Assembly: GCA_048938025.1 (NCBI GenBank)
Contig: JBHLMP010000076.1
Location: 1-11,030 of the forward strand
Direction of reading: 5' to 3'
Source: Promethearchaeota archaeon
GTDB lineage: Archaea > Asgardarchaeota > Lokiarchaeia > Sigyniarchaeales > SOKP01
Length of the DNA stretch: 11,030 bases
A program made the position numbers and the translations under genes. This document shows, in pieces, positions 6,240 through 11,030 of this stretch (the first letter of the stretch is position 1; each line of letters opens with the position of its first letter). Under the pieces are notes generated by a model. That model was not told the DNA's origin. It saw nothing but the letters and a program-made list of their open reading frames with translations, and did not search any database.

Positions 6240-9200
6240 TTATAATTCTAATAAATATGATTCTATCATAGCAGTTATTTGATCAAAATCGTATTGCATT
6301 ATAGATATGGCTCCATTCGGGCAAGTTGCAGCACAAGTACCGCACCCTTTGCATAATGCCGAATTAACAAATGATTTTCTTACAATTAAACTTACATCCT
6401 CATATTCTTTTACAGAGTCTAAAATATCAATAGCATTATAAGGACATACTGATTCACATTTTCCACATCCAATACAATATACTGGATCTACTTCTGCAAC
6501 TATTCCTGAAGTTTTAATTTCTTTAGCGCTTAAAAATCTACTTGCCCTACCCGCAGCTCCATTTGCTTGAGAAATACTATCTTGTATATTCTTTGGCCAT
6601 TGCGCGCATCCACATAAGAATATCCCATCTGTAGCAAAATCTAATGGTCTTAATTTTACATGGGCTTCTAAGAAAAAACCATTTTTATCTAACGGAACTT
6701 TAAGCATTTTTGTTAATTCTTCCAAATTATCAGCCGGAATTATAGGAGTGGATAATACGATTAAATCTGTATTAAATTCTATGAAATCTTGGAGATTAGT
6801 TTCATAAAATTTTATATTGTATTGTTCTGGATCATTGTTTACTTTACTGACGATTGGTATATTATCCAAGTCATATCTTAAAAACATTGCATCTTTTCTA
6901 CGCTCACGATAATATTCTTCATACTTTTTTTTAGCCATTTGAAGATCTCTATAAAGTACCATAATTTCAAGTTCAGGCTTCAACTTTTTTAAAAGTCCAA
7001 TGTTTTTAATAGAATTCCCACAGCAAATGTTAGAACAATAGGTTATTCCTTCAACTTGCCGTGCATTTACACAGAGAATTGATGTTATTCTATTTATATT
7101 ATCAAGCCAAGATTTTCCTTTTTCTTTTAGTTTTTGTTCTAGTTCTAATTGGGTTATAACATTTTTATTCTCTTTTTTATATTGAAACAGATCCTTAGGT
7201 TTATATTCTTTACCTCCAGTAGCAACAATTATAGTTCCTATACTTAAGTCGTGAGACTCATTTTTAGAATCAACAATAGATACGATGTAATTACCAACAT
7301 ATCCTTTAATCTCTCTAATTTTTGCTTTTAGAAAGATTTGAATATTTTTATTTTTTTCGACCTTCTCGATAGTCTCATTTAAGAAATCTAAGGCACTTTC
7401 TTCAATAGGGTATAATACATTTAGATAATTCAAATTTCCTCCTAAAACTGTCTCTTTTTCTACTATAAATGTTTTGAATTCTTGATCAGCAATGGTTAGG
7501 GCTGCGCTCATGCCAGCAATTCCACCCCCGATAATTAATGCTGTTGGAGTAATTTTTAATAACTCTTCTTTCAAAGGTTTTAATAATCTTGCTTTAGCAA
7601 TAGCCATTCTTATCAAATCTTTAGCTTTTTGGGTTGCTGCTTCTGCATCGTCCATATGAACCCAAGAACATTGATCTCTAATATTAACCATTTCGAATAA
7701 ATATTTATTTAAACCTGCTTCTTGACAGGTTTCTTGAAATAAAGCTTCATGGGTTCTTGGTGTACAAGAAGCAACAATAAATCGGTTCAATTTGTGATCT
7801 TTAATTAATTCTTTAATTCTCGTCTGCGAATCAGAGCTACATGAGTATAAATTATCTTCACAATGAACTACATTAGGCAATGTTCTTACATATTCAGCAA
7901 GTAAAGGTACATGAACATATTTACCTATATTAATTCCACAATGACAGATTAGAACCCCTATTCTTGGATCATCAGTAGCTTTTATATCTAATTCGGGAAC
8001 TTCAAACTCCTTCTCTTTTATATTATCAAATTTGACAGAACTCAAGAATGCTGCAACTTGACCTGCTACTCCACTTGCATCAGCAACAGTTTCTGGTATA
8101 TCCATTGGACCTTGACAAAATCCACATAAATATATTCCACCTTTAGTTGATTTAGATTTATTAAAATAATCTTTTTCTTTGAAAAAATGATATTCATCCA
8201 GTTCTATTTCTAAAATCTTTGCTAAATCTTTAGATCCTGTTGAGGGGACTAAAGGAGTCGCTAATACAACTAAATTAGCTTGAAAATCACTGAATTCTCC
8301 TGTTTTTAAATCTTCATAATGAATAATTAAATCATTTGTCTCAGGAGCCTCTACTATTTTACTAATCTTTGTTTGAAAATATTTCACACCATATTCTTTT
8401 TGAGCTCTTTGCGTAAATTCATAAAAATTCTTACCAAATGCTCTGATATCATGTCTAAACACATAACATTGTGATTTTTCGGAATGCTCTTTTGTTATAA
8501 TTGCTTCTTTAGCAGTATACATACAGCACACACTAGAGCAATAAGGCACACCTTCATGTAAATCTCTTGACCCTGCGCATTGGATAAATGCAATTTTTTC
8601 TGGTTCTTTTTGATCACTTGGTCTTAAAACATGACCCCCAAAAGGTCCAGAGGCGCATAAGATTCTTTCGTATTCGAGTGCACTTACTACATTTTCATAT
8701 TGATACCCCCACCGTGAAGATAAATTTTTAGCAGGCATATCGAATCCAGTGGCAACTACAATCGCTCCAACTTTTAATTCTATTTCTTGAGGTTTTTGCT
8801 CAAAATCTATAGCTTCAGCTTGACATACTTTAGCACATACACCACATACTCCTTTATTTATTTTTAAGCATATTTCAGGATCTATTAGATAAACTGGAGG
8901 AACTGCTTGAGGGAAAGGAATATATACTGATTTTCTCTTACCTAAATTCATGTCAAAGAGATTAGGTACTTCTATTTTTGGACATTTAGCGGCACAATCA
9001 CCACATCCTTTACATTTTGTATCATCTATATAGCGAGGTTTTTTAAGAACATTAACTGTAAAATCTCCGGGTTTACCTTTTATTTCTTGGACTTCATGAT
9101 ATGTCATTAATTTGATATTGGGATTTCGAAATACTTCTACCATTTTAGGGGCAAGGATACATAAGCTGCAATCGTTTGTAGGAAACGTTTTGTCAAGCTG

Positions 9201-9326
9201 AGCCATGCGTCCTCCAATTGAGGGAGTTCTTTCCACCAAATAAACTTTAAATCCTAATTCAGTAAGATCTAAAGACGTCTGTATGCCAGCTATACCTCCT
9301 CCAATTACTAAGACTGAACCTTCCAT
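6240..9326 (-). CDS. hdrA: Long HdrA-family protein (1028 aa) with two FAD modules
   Basis: GGGIAG twice, MAQLDKTFPTNDCSLCILAPK, an inserted ferredoxin, CAGSRD...YCSSVCCM, a central PRIGVLICHCG...CTPRTHE...NIRDQCSWVH domain, EAHVKLRPLD, and C-terminal CIGCGKCESVCP / CKGCGTCAATCP. GAGG SD at 9337-9340. The ATG overlaps the upstream TAA (TAATG, shared base 9326). Confidence 0.96.
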   Translation of the reverse strand: MEGSVLVIGGGIAGIQTSLDLTELGFKVYLVERTPSIGGRMAQLDKTFPTNDCSLCILAPKMVEVFRNPNIKLMTYHEVQEIKGKPGDFTVNVLKKPRYIDDTKCKGCGDCAAKCPKIEVPNLFDMNLGKRKSVYIPFPQAVPPVYLIDPEICLKINKGVCGVCAKVCQAEAIDFEQKPQEIELKVGAIVVATGFDMPAKNLSSRWGYQYENVVSALEYERILCASGPFGGHVLRPSDQKEPEKIAFIQCAGSRDLHEGVPYCSSVCCMYTAKEAIITKEHSEKSQCYVFRHDIRAFGKNFYEFTQRAQKEYGVKYFQTKISKIVEAPETNDLIIHYEDLKTGEFSDFQANLVVLATPLVPSTGSKDLAKILEIELDEYHFFKEKDYFNKSKSTKGGIYLCGFCQGPMDIPETVADASGVAGQVAAFLSSVKFDNIKEKEFEVPELDIKATDDPRIGVLICHCGINIGKYVHVPLLAEYVRTLPNVVHCEDNLYSCSSDSQTRIKELIKDHKLNRFIVASCTPRTHEALFQETCQEAGLNKYLFEMVNIRDQCSWVHMDDAEAATQKAKDLIRMAIAKARLLKPLKEELLKITPTALIIGGGIAGMSAALTIADQEFKTFIVEKETVLGGNLNYLNVLYPIEESALDFLNETIEKVEKNKNIQIFLKAKIREIKGYVGNYIVSIVDSKNESHDLSIGTIIVATGGKEYKPKDLFQYKKENKNVITQLELEQKLKEKGKSWLDNINRITSILCVNARQVEGITYCSNICCGNSIKNIGLLKKLKPELEIMVLYRDLQMAKKKYEEYYRERRKDAMFLRYDLDNIPIVSKVNNDPEQYNIKFYETNLQDFIEFNTDLIVLSTPIIPADNLEELTKMLKVPLDKNGFFLEAHVKLRPLDFATDGIFLCGCAQWPKNIQDSISQANGAAGRASRFLSAKEIKTSGIVAEVDPVYCIGCGKCESVCPYNAIDILDSVKEYEDVSLIVRKSFVNSALCKGCGTCAATCPNGAISIMQYDFDQITAMIESYLLEL

Positions 9327-10561
9327 TATTTCTTTTCCTCACTTTTGATAACAGGTTTAATTAACTTTATATGTTTAAATAGAAATTCTGAAAAATCTAA
9401 AATTTCTATTGAAGCAACATCTTCATAATCATCCTGAAGACAGCTAAGGTGTATTCTACATTTTGGACAGGATGTAACCATAATATTTCCCGCCGATTTT
9501 GCTTCTAACATTCTTTTATATCTTAGTGCTTTAGATTTTTCATTACAATTCATCCAAGAACTTACTCCACAACATAAAGCGTTTTTTTTATTATGTTCCA
9601 TTTCGTTAAAATCATAACCTAATTCTTTGAACTCTTTAAAGATCTCTCGAACTTTTTCCATAATATTATTATCTTTAGGTAAAAATCTACTTAACCTACA
9701 TGGATCGTGATATGTGAAGGGTATTTTTTCACTTTTTTTATTCGGATTTTGAAATTGAATTTGATTTTCTTTCCATTTATCATAAATATATTCAATAATG
9801 TGTTTTACATCGAATTTATCATTAAAATCTTCAAATATATTTGGATAATCAACTTTAAATGTCCTATAACATTCAGCACAAGCGGTTACTATTTTGGATA
9901 TACCAGCTTTTTCAAACATCTCCTTATTCTTCTTAGCAAGCTTTATAAAGGTTTTCAATTTACCTTGGCCCCAATAAATATCATGACCACAACAACTTTC
10001 TTCCTTTAACACTACAATAGGTTCCTTTTCAATTTGGCATAATATTTTTAATGTGCTTTTCGCAATAGAATCTAAATTCTCAAATTCATAATTAAAAAAA
10101 GATAAACACCCAACATAATATAAAACACTGCCTTTATCTGAAATTTTACATCCTTTAGGAACCCAGTCAAGTGATCTTTCTGGCGTTATATAGGGACGAC
10201 TCATAATCTCAGATATAGTGGTATAAATCCCTTTATGAGCAACAATTTCTTCGGGTTTTTGATTAGCAGAATGTCTCATTTTATATCTTGCAATCCTTAC
10301 GATATCCGCGAAATTAATGTCTTCAGGACAATCTTTAAGACATTGATTACAAGTTAAACAATCCCACAATTCGCCACTTTCTAGTACTCTATCTTCAAAA
10401 CCTTCTAATATTAGTTCAATTATTTTACTTGGTGTATATTTTTGAACTTTACTTAATTGACATACTCCACTACACCGTCCACACTGATAGCATCTTTTCA
10501 GAAGATTTCTTAAATCTGGCTCATATATCTTTTCCAAATAATCTAATGTATCAGAAAACAA
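9326..10561 (-). CDS. HdrD-like (HdrC+HdrB-type) Fe-S oxidoreductase with 2x[4Fe-4S] and two CCG domains; may start at ATA 10597
   Basis: CYQCGRCSGVC and CLTCNQCLKDCP, then YVGC..CCG..TACAEC and HDPC..CCG..TSCPKC. Its stop overlaps the hdrA start. Confidence 0.9.
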   Translation of the reverse strand: MFSDTLDYLEKIYEPDLRNLLKRCYQCGRCSGVCQLSKVQKYTPSKIIELILEGFEDRVLESGELWDCLTCNQCLKDCPEDINFADIVRIARYKMRHSANQKPEEIVAHKGIYTTISEIMSRPYITPERSLDWVPKGCKISDKGSVLYYVGCLSFFNYEFENLDSIAKSTLKILCQIEKEPIVVLKEESCCGHDIYWGQGKLKTFIKLAKKNKEMFEKAGISKIVTACAECYRTFKVDYPNIFEDFNDKFDVKHIIEYIYDKWKENQIQFQNPNKKSEKIPFTYHDPCRLSRFLPKDNNIMEKVREIFKEFKELGYDFNEMEHNKKNALCCGVSSWMNCNEKSKALRYKRMLEAKSAGNIMVTSCPKCRIHLSCLQDDYEDVASIEILDFSEFLFKHIKLIKPVIKSEEKK

Positions 10562-10603
10562 TTTTCTCCGTTCTTTATCTCTTTTTGATTCTGTTATTAT
10601 AAA

Positions 10604-10609
10604 CTCCTC
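10604..10609 (-). promoter_or_regulatory. Strong Shine-Dalgarno-like GAGGAG just after the frhB-like stop
   Basis: Minus strand reads TAG-a-GAGGAG-tttata-ATA ACA GAA, in frame with the HdrD-like ORF. Confidence 0.55.
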
Positions 10610-10610
10610 T

Positions 10611-11030
10611 CTATTTTAAATTATTCATGAAATTTTGTTGACGTTGTAATTTTGATTGAGAATATTGGCTAATTAAATCAACCATTTTTTTCTTTTTTGC
10701 TTGATCTAAATCTAAGTTTTTAATTATACCCGCATCTAATGCTTTGGTGAAAATATTTTTTCCTTTTTTAGTTCGTGTTATAACAGTGGTATATTTATTA
10801 GGAGATCCTAAACCTCCAAAAGAAATATCAGCATAGATATTTGTAAAATCACCACATGCATTACAAGCAGGACGCATATAATAATTTAACCTATTAAAAG
10901 GTATATGAACTACCTTATCACCTTTTAATCTAAAAATTAAATCTTCCTTAATGTTAATTTTTTCGATATCTGTAAATTTTATTTTGAAATCCTTCTCAAG
11001 TTTAGATACTTTAGAGATATCAAATAAAAA
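10611..11030 (-). CDS. Coenzyme F420 hydrogenase/dehydrogenase beta-subunit family (FrhB/FdhB C-terminal domain); 5'-truncated by the window edge
   Basis: The frame is open from 11030: FLFDISKVSKLEKDFKIKFTDIEKINIKEDLIFRLKGDKVVHIPFNRLNYYMRPACNACGDFTNIYADISFGGLGSPNKYTTVITRTKKG. CxxCxDF...ADIS.G..GSP...T.VI.RT..G is typical of FrhB. ATG 10877 is internal. Confidence 0.88.
   Translation of the reverse strand, partial: FLFDISKVSKLEKDFKIKFTDIEKINIKEDLIFRLKGDKVVHIPFNRLNYYMRPACNACGDFTNIYADISFGGLGSPNKYTTVITRTKKGKNIFTKALDAGIIKNLDLDQAKKKKMVDLISQYSQSKLQRQQNFMNNLK

Noticed and set aside
2583-9326. The two hdrA copies as an assembly duplication or the short one as a pseudogene
   Set aside because: The copies are heavily diverged at synonymous sites. 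The short one has an intact 920-codon frame, an SD, and retained Cys motifs outside the deleted domain.
9707-10009. 100-aa plus-strand ORF rich in F/I
   Set aside because: Antisense to the HdrD-like gene. Its hydrophobic composition simply mirrors A-rich sense codons.
10611-10877. 88-aa ORF as a complete small protein
   Set aside because: The frame is open to the window edge and FrhB-like sequence continues upstream, so ATG 10877 is internal.

Overview
An AT-rich, probably archaeal window. The TATA-box-like promoters, GAGG Shine-Dalgarno sites and frhB/hdr/mvhD genes fit Asgard/Lokiarchaeia, but that assignment is an inference. The left part holds a 3'-truncated Cys-type sulfatase of the sulfamidase/SGSH-like group (minus strand, TTG start, missing from the ORF track), divergent from an MFS transporter. 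The right part is a minus-strand redox cluster: a partial FrhB-family F420-binding subunit, an HdrD-like protein (2x[4Fe-4S] plus 2 CCG domains), a 1028-aa HdrA with two FAD modules, and MvhD. After a 432-bp structured spacer comes a second, 920-aa HdrA paralog. It has lost the central ~140-aa Cys-rich HdrA N-terminal-type domain and altered several motifs, yet shows purifying selection. I saw no RNA genes, mobile elements or CRISPR arrays.
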